Shown here one piece after another: positions 18,471 through 28,142 of a DNA stretch of 64,000 bases. The stretch lies in the IMG/VR virus record IMGVR_UViG_3300025096_003363, positions 34,843 to 98,842 of that record; one strand, written 5' to 3'. Below the pieces are notes generated by a model that had not been told where the DNA came from, searched no databases, and was given only the letters and a program-made list of their open reading frames with translations. A program made the translations under genes and the position numbers. The DNA is from a virus. Positions within the stretch are counted from its first letter, which is position 1, and each line of letters starts with the position of its first letter.

Positions 18471-19607
18471 ATGGATAAAGATATTACTAGTGCATTGGAT
18501 GCTATTGATAAAGTAAACCCCTTCGCAACTTATTTAGATAACAATTCACTCAGTCACGTTGGATCATGGATTGATACAGGATCTTATGTGCTAAACGCAA
18601 TTATTTCCGGTTCAATTCACGGCGGAATACCTAAAGGTAGAGTAACAGTACTTGCCGGTGAGTCGATGACAGGTAAGTCGCTTTTTGTCCAAAAAATTCT
18701 AGCCAAGGCCCAGGAGGACGGGCTCGTCCCTGTTATCTTTGATACTGAAAATGCTATTGACCCGGAAGGAGCTGCAAGATTAGGGCTAGATATTAGCAAA
18801 GTTAAATATGTTCCTTGTACTAGTATTGAACAAACTCGTAATTCACTGTATAAGTTTCTTATGGTGGTAAAAGAAAAGGGACTAGAGGGTAAGTTTATTG
18901 TAGCTATTGACTCACTAGCTAATCTTCAATCAGAGCTTGAACTGTCGCGGATGAGTAAAGACAGTGTTAGTTCAGATATGGGTACAAAAGCGCGCGCAAT
19001 GAAGACATTAATGCAAACTTGTACAAATTTAGGGTCAGTTACACAAACCACTATCCTATGTACTAATCATGTCTATGATGACCCAACAGCTCTGTTTCCT
19101 TCTATTGAAAAAAATATGCCAGGTGGTAAATCATGCATTTATCTTCCATCAGTAACAGTTCAACTAGCACGCAAGCCAATGAAATCAGATGGCGGTAAGA
19201 CTGTTGATGGGGAATTGGCAGTTGGTCAGAAAAAATACGCTGGAATTATTATTAGAGCCCTTACGCGTAAAAATAGATTTATTAAACAGTACCTTGAAGG
19301 TGAAATATACCTTTCATTTGCTTCTGGACTTGATCGCTACTATGGATTAGTTGATCTGGCCGTTGGTGTTGGTGCAGTAGTTCAAACTGGAGCAACTTAT
19401 CAGCTTGAAGATGGTACTAAGCTAGGCTATTATAAGAATTGGAGGAAGGATGTTAAACTTTGGGAAGAGACTATTCTTCCAAAACTTGAAGAACGAATTA
19501 AAGATGAGTGGTCTTATAGTAATAAAGAAGAAGAGCCACCTGATGAATTAGGTTTAGATGGTTTAGATGATTTAATTAATGAAAAAGAAACTAGTACTGA
19601 CTCTTAG
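18471..19607 (+). CDS. uvsX: RecA-like recombinase UvsX
   Basis: IDTGSYVLN, AGESMTGKS Walker A, FDTENA, IDSLANL and NHVY; start reassigned from 18357 to ATG 18471. Confidence 0.92.
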   Translation: MDKDITSALDAIDKVNPFATYLDNNSLSHVGSWIDTGSYVLNAIISGSIHGGIPKGRVTVLAGESMTGKSLFVQKILAKAQEDGLVPVIFDTENAIDPEGAARLGLDISKVKYVPCTSIEQTRNSLYKFLMVVKEKGLEGKFIVAIDSLANLQSELELSRMSKDSVSSDMGTKARAMKTLMQTCTNLGSVTQTTILCTNHVYDDPTALFPSIEKNMPGGKSCIYLPSVTVQLARKPMKSDGGKTVDGELAVGQKKYAGIIIRALTRKNRFIKQYLEGEIYLSFASGLDRYYGLVDLAVGVGAVVQTGATYQLEDGTKLGYYKNWRKDVKLWEETILPKLEERIKDEWSYSNKEEEPPDELGLDGLDDLINEKETSTDS

Positions 19608-20337
19608 TGGGGGAATGGACTCATCTGTGCTGTTGTATATGGCACAAGATAGAGGCTATGATCATATACATACCATAACCTTTGACTATGGTCAAAGGCA
19701 TAAACAAGAACTCGCTTGTGTTAAAAAACAAATTAATAATTTTAATAACATGTTTAGCGGGTGGTTTAATTTAAAGATTACTAATAAGGTCTTAGATGTA
19801 AAGTATATTAAAGACATTGCGCCTACCTCATCTTTAACTAATAAAGATATTGATAATCCTAATATTAGCGAGATGGCAGGTGATGCACAGCCTGTCTCAT
19901 ACGTACCGTTTCGGAATTTAATGTTTCTATCTATTTGCTCGTCATATGCTGAAAGTGTAGGTGCAGATACAGTATGGTATGGTGCTGCACAGGTTGATTC
20001 ACTAGCTGGGTATTGGGACGGTAGTGAAGAGTTTGTTAATGTAGTTAATGAAGTAACAGATCTTAATAGAGAGAACAGAATTAACATTGAAGCACCGCTT
20101 CTTGACATGTCGAAGGCTGCAATTGTTAAAGAAGGAATTAGACTAGGAGTTACATATGGTGATACATGGACATGCTATTCGAATAGAGAAGATGGGCTAG
20201 CTGATGCCACAACTCCGTCAAGTAGTATGCGAATAACGGGGTTTATTGATGCTGGGTATGAAGACCCTATTCAATATGTCCAACAGGAAAAGTTGGATGA
20301 CCTATACAAAGAAAATAACTGCAAGGAGTGTGCTTAG
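19579..20337 (+). CDS. queC: 7-cyano-7-deazaguanine synthase-like protein with an atypical Zn site
   Basis: LSGGMDS PP-loop, FDYGQRH..E, YVPFRN, APLL and TWTCY. Confidence 0.85.
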   Translation: MKKKLVLTLSGGMDSSVLLYMAQDRGYDHIHTITFDYGQRHKQELACVKKQINNFNNMFSGWFNLKITNKVLDVKYIKDIAPTSSLTNKDIDNPNISEMAGDAQPVSYVPFRNLMFLSICSSYAESVGADTVWYGAAQVDSLAGYWDGSEEFVNVVNEVTDLNRENRINIEAPLLDMSKAAIVKEGIRLGVTYGDTWTCYSNREDGLADATTPSSSMRITGFIDAGYEDPIQYVQQEKLDDLYKENNCKECA

Positions 20338-21749
20338 AGACCGTAGCGTCTAAGCTCTTCTAGCTGCCAGTGTGTCTTAGGCTTGTATTTTTCCTTAAAT
20401 GACTGACTTTTAACTTCAGTCAGTTTATTACGTTTGTCAGAAGCTACTTGCTCGTTAATATAACGGGAAGTATCGGTTTGATGTGAGTCGAGCATTGGAC
20501 TGTAACTAAAGTCCTCTTCTAGTGTCTCTTCATTCTCTCCATTTAATTTCTTTTTTGCATGCTCTCTTTTATCATCATCGACAAGAGCATCTAAAACATC
20601 TTCGTAATCGGTTGAAGGGATATAATCCTCCGGCTGCTCTTTAGTTAAGAAATGATCAAGCTCTAAGCCACCAAATTCATCATCCTCTTCATCACTGACA
20701 TTTGCTCTAAACTGACATCTTTTTTTAGCTAACTTTGATGGAGGCGATGCACAATACTGACTCATTGACTCACCAGCTGCTTTTGCGGCTCTAGTTAAAG
20801 CGCCTTCTGTCCCCTTCTTCTTCATACCCTTAACTGCACCCTGAATCCAATCTTCATTATCTTCTGGTGTAGTAAGACCACCTCCCTCTTCACCCATTGA
20901 ATACTCATCAGGCATACCCTCCGGTTCGTCTATTCCATAACCCACTTGCTCATCTTCGTCTGGAGCCATAACAACAACTACACTATCACTAATTTTATCA
21001 ACGTCTCTCTTTAGCGCTGCTTCAATCTTATCAATACCGTGTGCTATAACTGCTTTAGCAAGCGGCGTTCCAGGGTCAACTGAAAACTGTACAGTATCAT
21101 TACTAATATCTAAACCATCCTCATTAGCATACTTAGAAACGATATTACCGACATCTTCAACACGCTCAGCATCTCTAATTTTAATCTCAATAAAGGTAGT
21201 TGGATCTGCTTTTGAATCTTCTAAGCTTTGCGCTAATTCTTGTTCTGCGTCATCCAACTGACCAACTGTATCTTCAACCGCGTCCCCTACATCTGCACCT
21301 GCTTTAATATCCTTTGCGAGCTCTATAGCAGCTTTTTGCGCCGCGTATTTTTCTTCTCTTCCTCTATTAGTAGTAGCTCTATTAATATACGTCGCGAGAC
21401 CGTCTTTTATTGCATCAGCAATCTCATCTTTACTTTTTTCAATTTCTCTTTCCTTAGAATCTAATAAAGCTAATAAGTTATTCTTTTTAGCAGAAAACCC
21501 TGTACCCCTTTTCGCAGCATTCAATTCTTCATCACTAATTACCTCGAGATCATATAATACCGTTCTAATAAAGTTAATTGTATCTAATGGTGCAGAACTA
21601 AACCCCGCAGATCTTAGCTCTCTTGTAACAGGACCGAAAGAAGGGTGATATTTTTCATAAGGAGATTTTTTAGCTTCCTCGAGAAACTCTGACCTGTTGA
21701 ATAAATCATTAAAGCCACTAAAATTGTCGGTGTAGTTAAAGGAACTCAT
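20334..21749 (-). CDS. Acidic late protein, probable internal head protein
   Basis: TATAAATA at 21763..21756; D/E-rich; FLEE near the N-terminus. Confidence 0.65.
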   Translation of the reverse strand: MSSFNYTDNFSGFNDLFNRSEFLEEAKKSPYEKYHPSFGPVTRELRSAGFSSAPLDTINFIRTVLYDLEVISDEELNAAKRGTGFSAKKNNLLALLDSKEREIEKSKDEIADAIKDGLATYINRATTNRGREEKYAAQKAAIELAKDIKAGADVGDAVEDTVGQLDDAEQELAQSLEDSKADPTTFIEIKIRDAERVEDVGNIVSKYANEDGLDISNDTVQFSVDPGTPLAKAVIAHGIDKIEAALKRDVDKISDSVVVVMAPDEDEQVGYGIDEPEGMPDEYSMGEEGGGLTTPEDNEDWIQGAVKGMKKKGTEGALTRAAKAAGESMSQYCASPPSKLAKKRCQFRANVSDEEDDEFGGLELDHFLTKEQPEDYIPSTDYEDVLDALVDDDKREHAKKKLNGENEETLEEDFSYSPMLDSHQTDTSRYINEQVASDKRNKLTEVKSQSFKEKYKPKTHWQLEELRRYGL

Positions 21750-21766
21750 TTAATATATTTATATCT

Positions 21767-22219
21767 ATGAAGCTGAATTATAAGGATTTTAACAAAATGA
21801 CTGAAAAAGAGCTGTGTAAACTACCAGGAGTAGGAAGAACCACAGCTAGACGTATTGTTGGATTTAGACCTTTTCGTCATAATGACGATTTATTTAAAGT
21901 AAAGGGACTAGGGAAAAAGACACTTAAAAATTTGGGAATTCAAAAAACCAAAAAGAAAAAGAAAAAATGGTATACCATCGATGGTGTCGATTACCCAGAT
22001 TGTGCACTGGCTAGAGATACGAGATACGGTCACATTGATCTGTTTTGGAGAGTACCTAAAGAACACCGGGAAAGTATAGGTCCCCCATCCCCGTGGATAC
22101 TCAGAAATCGTCGTATAGATGAAAAGACAAGGGCAGAAGGGCCTGATGGGCTTATGAGTAGGTACGTCGACAACTCTTTTATGTGGGAACCAGGGTTTAA
22201 ATTTCCATGGGAAGATTGA
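21767..22219 (+). CDS. Helix-hairpin-helix (ComEA-like) DNA-binding protein
   Basis: ELCKLPGVGRTTARRIV..RPF...DLFKVKGLGKK. Confidence 0.8.
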   Translation: MKLNYKDFNKMTEKELCKLPGVGRTTARRIVGFRPFRHNDDLFKVKGLGKKTLKNLGIQKTKKKKKKWYTIDGVDYPDCALARDTRYGHIDLFWRVPKEHRESIGPPSPWILRNRRIDEKTRAEGPDGLMSRYVDNSFMWEPGFKFPWED

Positions 22220-22248
22220 TTACCTCGTAAAATATATTAACATATGTT

Positions 22249-22911
22249 ATGTGCGCTATTTTTGGATCGTTCGACAAAACAATGTTAGAGATTTTATACC
22301 AAGCTAATAAGGAGCGTGGTAATTTTGCTAGCAGCGTTGTATGCATATCAGATGATGATCAATATATCTCTAAACATGAAGGTGATATAAATTTTGATAA
22401 GTTTAATTATGCTGGTAGGGAAAATATAGAATATCTTCTTGGGCATGTACAGGCACCTACTTCCGCTAAAAGAACCTGGAACTACAACACATCTCACCCA
22501 TTCGAATCTCTGACATGGCTGGTTAGTCATAATGGTGTTTTAACAAATGAGAAAAAACTAAGAAGAAAACATACAAGATTTTTAGAAAATCCCGTTGATA
22601 CAGCGGTAATAGTTGAACTATTAGAAAAATTTACTCAGGTAAATAAAAACCCAGTTAATACCATAAAGCAAGTATTATCAATGTTAGAGGGGTCGTATGC
22701 TTTAAGTATGGTGCATTCTAATACTAACGATATCTATATAGCGAGAGTAGGGTCACTTCTTCACTATAATAATAAGGGCAACTACTCTACAATGATGGGA
22801 TCCGGTTATAAAATATTACCTGAAGGAATTATAATGAAGTTAAATAAAAAAACAAAACGATGGAATAAAGTAGGCACTTTTGAATCCAAGTCACCGTTTA
22901 CATTTGTATGA
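22249..22911 (+). CDS. Class II (Ntn) glutamine amidotransferase, stand-alone
   Basis: N-terminal MCAIFG (Cys2), GH..APT, HPF, SHNGVLTN and VDT; promoter TTGATT-N16-TAACAT-N5-ATG. Confidence 0.85.
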   Translation: MCAIFGSFDKTMLEILYQANKERGNFASSVVCISDDDQYISKHEGDINFDKFNYAGRENIEYLLGHVQAPTSAKRTWNYNTSHPFESLTWLVSHNGVLTNEKKLRRKHTRFLENPVDTAVIVELLEKFTQVNKNPVNTIKQVLSMLEGSYALSMVHSNTNDIYIARVGSLLHYNNKGNYSTMMGSGYKILPEGIIMKLNKKTKRWNKVGTFESKSPFTFV

Positions 22912-23567
22912 GTAAAACATTTATATTTTCTGCTACAGCAGGTAAAAAAGAAGACTCAATGCTTTACAATACGTGTAAAGATGAAAATATCGACATCTTT
23001 ATAAAAGAGTATAATAAAGAGTCTATACAAAAAACCTACAACAAGGCGATTGATTTTTCAATTAGGGAAGGAGTTAAAAACTTAGTATTAGTTCATGACG
23101 ATGTAATACTCGAAGCTTTTTCTGAAAGAAGAATTGAAAGAAATTTTAAAAATTTTGATCTAATTGGTGTAGCTGGCTGCAATCAGGTCAAGCTCGAAAA
23201 GCCAGTTCTCTGGCATTTAATGGGCGGTGGCTTCGACTCCGGTAATTTAGTAGGCGCAGTTGCCCACGGTACTGAAAATCAAAAAAATATGGGAGGGTTT
23301 GGATTTTATCCAAATAGAGCTATTTTAGTAGACGGAGTTTTTCTCGTAATTAAAAGAAAAGTATTTAAAAAAATTAGATTTGATGAAACCTGTCCTTCTA
23401 AATGGCATTTTTATGATCTTGATTACTCTATGCAGTGTCATAAAGCCGGCTTTAAAGTTGGAGTCGGCGACTTTATTGTAACTCATAAATCCCCCGGTCT
23501 TACTTCTTTTACTGAAGAATTTCAGAAGGGCGAAGATTGGTTTTTAGATAAGTGGAAAACCGAATAA
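22908..23567 (+). CDS. Glycosyltransferase (GT-A/GT2-like)
   Basis: YNKAI, LVLVHDDV (DxD), IGVAG, VDGVF, FDE and WHFYDLDYS. Confidence 0.8.
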   Translation: MSKTFIFSATAGKKEDSMLYNTCKDENIDIFIKEYNKESIQKTYNKAIDFSIREGVKNLVLVHDDVILEAFSERRIERNFKNFDLIGVAGCNQVKLEKPVLWHLMGGGFDSGNLVGAVAHGTENQKNMGGFGFYPNRAILVDGVFLVIKRKVFKKIRFDETCPSKWHFYDLDYSMQCHKAGFKVGVGDFIVTHKSPGLTSFTEEFQKGEDWFLDKWKTE

Positions 23568-23585
23568 CATATAATACCATAAGGC

Positions 23586-24893
23586 GTGAGTAAGTTAGAC
23601 TTAGACTATTTTGAAAATGTTCTTATATATAAGTCCCTTACAGATAGTGGGTATTTGGCTTCTATTGCTGATTTTGTAAAGCCTGAATATTTTAAAGATA
23701 AAGCGATCGCTAGTATCTTTAATATTATTAAAGACTTTACAGAAAAAAGAAATAAGCTTCCAACAACGACAGAGATTAAGTCTTACTTAGTATCAGATGA
23801 ACAAAAGAACTCTTTTAAAGAGCTCGTTAAGACGTTTAGTGATATTGATAAGACTCTAGATAAAGAAGAACTATATGATAATACGGAACAGTTTCTTAAA
23901 GAGAAGGCCGTATATCATACAATGCTTAATGTAGCAGAAGATGTATCAAAAGGTAAAGTTGATACATCAGTCGTTTTAGATAAATTTGAAAAATCATGCA
24001 ACATTAATTTAGTAACTGATTTAGGACTAGAACTGTATGGTGATGTTGATAAGCTTATTGATGATCTTAACTGTGTTGAAAGATATGTTCCAAGTAAATG
24101 GGAGTGGTTAGACAATTGTCTCGGAGGCGGTTTTTTAGAAGCTGGAAAAGCTTTATATGTGTTTGCTGGTGAGACAAATATTGGTAAGTCAATATTTTTG
24201 GGTAATATTGCCAGTAATATGGCTGAAGATGGTAAAAACGTTTTGTTAGTTACTTTAGAAATGTCTGAGCTGTTATATGCTAGACGAATTTGTAGTAACG
24301 TTACAAAAATTCCAATGAAGCAGTTAGCTGAAAATGCACCTAGTATTAAACAGGCTATGAATGATCAAGGTGGTAAAATTTTTATTAAAGAGTTTCCACC
24401 TGCCACTATTACGGCTAATCAATTAAAAGCGTTTGTTAAGAAGTTTCAAGAACAAGGCATTAAGCTAGATGCTATTGTATTAGATTACCTAAACTTGATG
24501 CACTCACCTGTAGGTAATAACTCTTATGAGCGCATTAAACATGTAACTGAACAGGTACGTGCAATGAGCTATTTGTTTAACTGTCCTATTATTTCAGCCA
24601 CACAGTTAAACCGAGCTGGGTTTGATACAGATAACCCTGATCTAGCAACAATTTCTGAATCTATCGGGTTGGCGGCCACTGCTGATGCTATTATATCTAT
24701 CTTTCAAAATGAAGAAGATAGAGGAATTGGAGTCATACGCTTAGGTATGATGAAAAACCGGTATGGTCCGCGTGGTATTACACAAGCTATGAGAATCGAT
24801 TATAATACGCTAACAATCGAACAAGCTGATGATATCGAAATAGATGAAGATATGGATAATACTCTTAATGTATTAGCTGGGCTTGCATCATAA
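23586..24893 (+). CDS. gp41: Replicative DnaB-like helicase gp41
   Basis: AGETNIGKS, TLEMSE, IKEFP, LDYLNL, SATQLNR, SES.GL and KNRYG. Confidence 0.93.
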   Translation: MSKLDLDYFENVLIYKSLTDSGYLASIADFVKPEYFKDKAIASIFNIIKDFTEKRNKLPTTTEIKSYLVSDEQKNSFKELVKTFSDIDKTLDKEELYDNTEQFLKEKAVYHTMLNVAEDVSKGKVDTSVVLDKFEKSCNINLVTDLGLELYGDVDKLIDDLNCVERYVPSKWEWLDNCLGGGFLEAGKALYVFAGETNIGKSIFLGNIASNMAEDGKNVLLVTLEMSELLYARRICSNVTKIPMKQLAENAPSIKQAMNDQGGKIFIKEFPPATITANQLKAFVKKFQEQGIKLDAIVLDYLNLMHSPVGNNSYERIKHVTEQVRAMSYLFNCPIISATQLNRAGFDTDNPDLATISESIGLAATADAIISIFQNEEDRGIGVIRLGMMKNRYGPRGITQAMRIDYNTLTIEQADDIEIDEDMDNTLNVLAGLAS

Positions 24894-24917
24894 GGAACCT
24901 TTAGTAAATAATCAAAA

Positions 24918-25793
24918 GTGAATATCCAAATATGGACAGATACTGATTTACATGGAGCTGGTTCTGCTCTTGTTTTAAAGTGGTTATATAAAGATGCTAA
25001 AACATTTAGTATTAATGATGTTTCAGAATATACTTTTTCTGGTAGATTTAAGGGATCGCTACAAGCATTAGATCATTATGATAGAGTCTACATTGTTGAT
25101 TTGGATTTATCACCAGAACAAATTCAATTAGCTGATAGAGATAATGTTGTTGTTATTGATACACATAAAGGACATGTCAGCCATAAGCATTTATACAAAA
25201 AAGCTAAAACCATATTAGACAGCAGTCAGTATGCTTGTTTAGATCTAATTTTTAATAAATTTAAAAGTCACCTAACACATTTAACTGACAAGCAACTACA
25301 ATTAATCAAATACATCAGCAAGTACGATTGGTATAATACACAGCACAAAGAGTCCTTAAAATTAAACGCTATATATTACAATTTAAATTCTCCAAAAACA
25401 GAAAAGTTTATTTCGGCATTTTCAGACGGGTTTAGAGATTTTACAATTCATGAAAAAAATGCTATTAAGCTGTATTTTAAAAAATTTAAAGATCAGATAG
25501 ATAGTGGGCAGGTATTTACAGGGATGATAAAAAACTATAGTGTTGTAGCGACGTTCGCGAACTATGCTGTAAATGAGCTAACTCATTTTTTAATTAAAAA
25601 ATATAATACTGATATTGGTATGGTTATTAATACTGGAGCTAAGACTGTATCATTTAGACGATCTAGACAAAGTGATGTTGACTTAAGCATATTAGCTACA
25701 AAACTTTGTGATGGTGGCGGTCACGCAGCATCCGCCGGCGGTAAATTAACTGAACAATTCGCGAATTTAACCAAAACATTTGTACCGTGTTAA
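24918..25793 (+). CDS. DHH/DHHA1-family phosphoesterase with degenerate motifs
   Basis: DTDLHGAGS, IVDL, IDTH, SFR and GGGHAASAGG; TAAATA 7 nt upstream of GTG. Confidence 0.75.
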   Translation: MNIQIWTDTDLHGAGSALVLKWLYKDAKTFSINDVSEYTFSGRFKGSLQALDHYDRVYIVDLDLSPEQIQLADRDNVVVIDTHKGHVSHKHLYKKAKTILDSSQYACLDLIFNKFKSHLTHLTDKQLQLIKYISKYDWYNTQHKESLKLNAIYYNLNSPKTEKFISAFSDGFRDFTIHEKNAIKLYFKKFKDQIDSGQVFTGMIKNYSVVATFANYAVNELTHFLIKKYNTDIGMVINTGAKTVSFRRSRQSDVDLSILATKLCDGGGHAASAGGKLTEQFANLTKTFVPC

Positions 25794-26086
25794 CAACCAG
25801 TAATATATCTCCAAACCCCTCAAAGACTTTAATACATGATGAAACAGAACATCTGTTACTTTGCTTTTGTACGTTCTGCTCCCTACTAAAAGGTAAAAAA
25901 CTTTCACTACAAAATATTTTTATATTAGTTTTACAGGAGGAGAGATTGAGAAATATATTAAAGGACCTTCTAACAATCGAAACTAATTTTGATATAGTAA
26001 AGCTATTCATAGATTTTGAGCCGGCAATAACAAAGTCAAAATATATCACCAAGTTCCTTAATTCGAACTCTAAAATACAGTTATAA
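25787..26086 (+). CDS. Hypothetical protein
   Basis: ORF overlapping the end of the DHH gene and filling the gap to gp32. Confidence 0.6.
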   Translation: MLTTSNISPNPSKTLIHDETEHLLLCFCTFCSLLKGKKLSLQNIFILVLQEERLRNILKDLLTIETNFDIVKLFIDFEPAITKSKYITKFLNSNSKIQL

Positions 26087-26093
26087 AAACCGG

Positions 26094-26121
26094 TTGAAGT
26101 TTTCCTTTTTGTGGTTATAAT
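26094..26121 (+). promoter_or_regulatory. Sigma70-like promoter of gp32
   Basis: TTGAAG-N16-TATAAT-N6-ATG. Confidence 0.65.
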
Positions 26122-26127
26122 TATGGC

Positions 26128-26958
26128 ATGAGTACTTTTAATACTTCAATGTTCCAATCAATTAAAGACGCGTTAGCAAGCTCCGAAAGTAAGGGGTCCG
26201 CTACATTTAACGAAATTATGCCTACTAAAGTAGGTAATACGTATACGGTAAGACTTTTACCTTATGCTAAAGATCCTAGTAAAACATTTTTCCATTATTA
26301 TAACCATGGATGGAATTCTTTTGCTACCGGCCAGTATGTTCAGACATTAAGTCCGCAAACATTTGGTGAGCGAGATCCTATTGCAGAAGAACGCTTTAAG
26401 GTCCTTAGAACTGGCAGTGAGGAAGAAAAAGAAAAGATGCTAGCAGTCCGCCGTCTCGAAAAGTGGCTGGTTAATATTTACGTTGTTGATGATCCTGCAA
26501 ATCCGGATAATAACGGCAAAGTAAAAATTCTTCGATATGGTAAACAACTTCAAAAAATTATTACTGAAGCTATTGAAGGTGAAGATGCAGAAGAGTTCGG
26601 ACCTCGTATTTTTGATCTTGGTGATGGTGGTGTAAACTTTAAGATTAAGGTTGAACAGCAAGGTGATTATCCAACATATGTCTCTTCGAGATTTACAACT
26701 GCTGGTAAAATTAATCTTTCCGAAGATAAACAAAAAGATGTTTATGAAGGGTGTTTTGATCTTGGTGAAGTGTTTACACAAAAGACATATGATGAACTTA
26801 AGGATATGTTAAGAGAGCATTATTATTGCAGGGCTGATGAGCCTGAGGCTCCAACATCAGCACCAGAACCGGATACTACTCCAGCCGAGCCGGAACCAGT
26901 CGCTGCTGGAAAAGATACGGTTGAAGAGGACATTGATGATTTGTTAAAAGATCTCTAA
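26128..26958 (+). CDS. gp32: Single-stranded DNA-binding protein gp32
   Basis: VRLLP, NIYVVDDPANPDNNGKVKI.RYGK, IFD...G.NFKIK and an acidic C-terminal tail. Confidence 0.88.
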   Translation: MSTFNTSMFQSIKDALASSESKGSATFNEIMPTKVGNTYTVRLLPYAKDPSKTFFHYYNHGWNSFATGQYVQTLSPQTFGERDPIAEERFKVLRTGSEEEKEKMLAVRRLEKWLVNIYVVDDPANPDNNGKVKILRYGKQLQKIITEAIEGEDAEEFGPRIFDLGDGGVNFKIKVEQQGDYPTYVSSRFTTAGKINLSEDKQKDVYEGCFDLGEVFTQKTYDELKDMLREHYYCRADEPEAPTSAPEPDTTPAEPEPVAAGKDTVEEDIDDLLKDL

Positions 26959-26962
26959 TAAA

Positions 26963-27454
26963 ATGAGCCAAGGAATCACTCCAGAAGAAAAGGCGGCAGT
27001 TATGCAGTTGATGGGGCAGACCTACGGCCAGGTAAACCAACAAGATCAAATGATTGTTGGTCAATCTGGTAATCTCCGCCCGGATGCCCATAAAATGAAA
27101 CAGGCATTTGAACAAACTGCACATATGCCGACTGTCGATGCTAATCCACAGCATGCACAACAACCACCGCCACCAGAGCGACCTCAGCAAGTTGCACCAG
27201 TAACTCCGGAGCAAGCTGCACAGGAGCTAGCTGAATCAGCTTCACCACCAACACCGGTCCCAGTACCAGTTTTTGATGATGAGGACCGTGTGCAAGAAGA
27301 TAAAAATACTAACCAAATGGAGTTAGATTTATCCGAGCCTAAGTTTGCTGATAAGTTGCTTGATTTAATGAAAGAGCAAAATTTGATATTAAAAGAAATT
27401 AGCTTAAAATTAGATAATGGAAAAAAGACAACTAGAGGTCGCAAACAAGGGTGA
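26963..27454 (+). CDS. Pro/Gln-rich hypothetical protein
   Basis: ORF between gp32 and gp45. Confidence 0.65.
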   Translation: MSQGITPEEKAAVMQLMGQTYGQVNQQDQMIVGQSGNLRPDAHKMKQAFEQTAHMPTVDANPQHAQQPPPPERPQQVAPVTPEQAAQELAESASPPTPVPVPVFDDEDRVQEDKNTNQMELDLSEPKFADKLLDLMKEQNLILKEISLKLDNGKKTTRGRKQG

Positions 27455-28142
27455 ATTTTTAAGATTATTAGACGCTATATCAAAAATAAATGACAGTGGC
27501 GTTATTCTTGATCTTAAAAAAGATAAAGTATCAAGCTTAGTTTCTAGTATAGATAGCACCTTAATACTACATTCAGAGTATAAAACTAACTCAGAGTTTG
27601 AGAATACATTAAACATCCCGGATGTAAAAAAATTAAGGAATGTATTAGACACAATTGAAGATAAAAATATATCTTTAGAAATAAATTCTAACAATATTCA
27701 ATATAACGGTAATGGTGTTAAATTTAAGTACCATCTCTTTGAAGAAGGCTTTATAACTAGACCAAATATTAATTTAGATAAAATTAATAAATTTACCTTT
27801 GATGTTGAATTTACTCTCGACAAGCCCACTTTGCAAAGATTGTTTAAAGGAAGTACCTTTGCGTCAGAAACAAATAAAATTTATTTTTATACTGAAAATA
27901 ATAATTTAATGGCTGAGCTTACAGATAGGTCTCGTCATAATACTGATAACTTTACTTTAAATTTAGGAAAAGCTGACTTTAGTCTTAATCCAATTCCAGT
28001 GAATTTAGATAATATTAGATTACTCTCTATTATTAATAACGAATTTAATGTAAAAGTAAATACTGAGTATGGTGTTGTTGTATTTGATATTGAAGATAAA
28101 GATATTAAATTAAAGTATATAATTTCAGCTTTAACTCAATGA
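27417..28142 (+). CDS. gp45: Sliding clamp gp45-like
   Basis: 241 aa beta-rich protein with clamp-like pattern (ISKIND, NIPDVKKL, KYIISAL) in the replication cluster. Confidence 0.65.
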   Translation: MEKRQLEVANKGEFLRLLDAISKINDSGVILDLKKDKVSSLVSSIDSTLILHSEYKTNSEFENTLNIPDVKKLRNVLDTIEDKNISLEINSNNIQYNGNGVKFKYHLFEEGFITRPNINLDKINKFTFDVEFTLDKPTLQRLFKGSTFASETNKIYFYTENNNLMAELTDRSRHNTDNFTLNLGKADFSLNPIPVNLDNIRLLSIINNEFNVKVNTEYGVVVFDIEDKDIKLKYIISALTQ

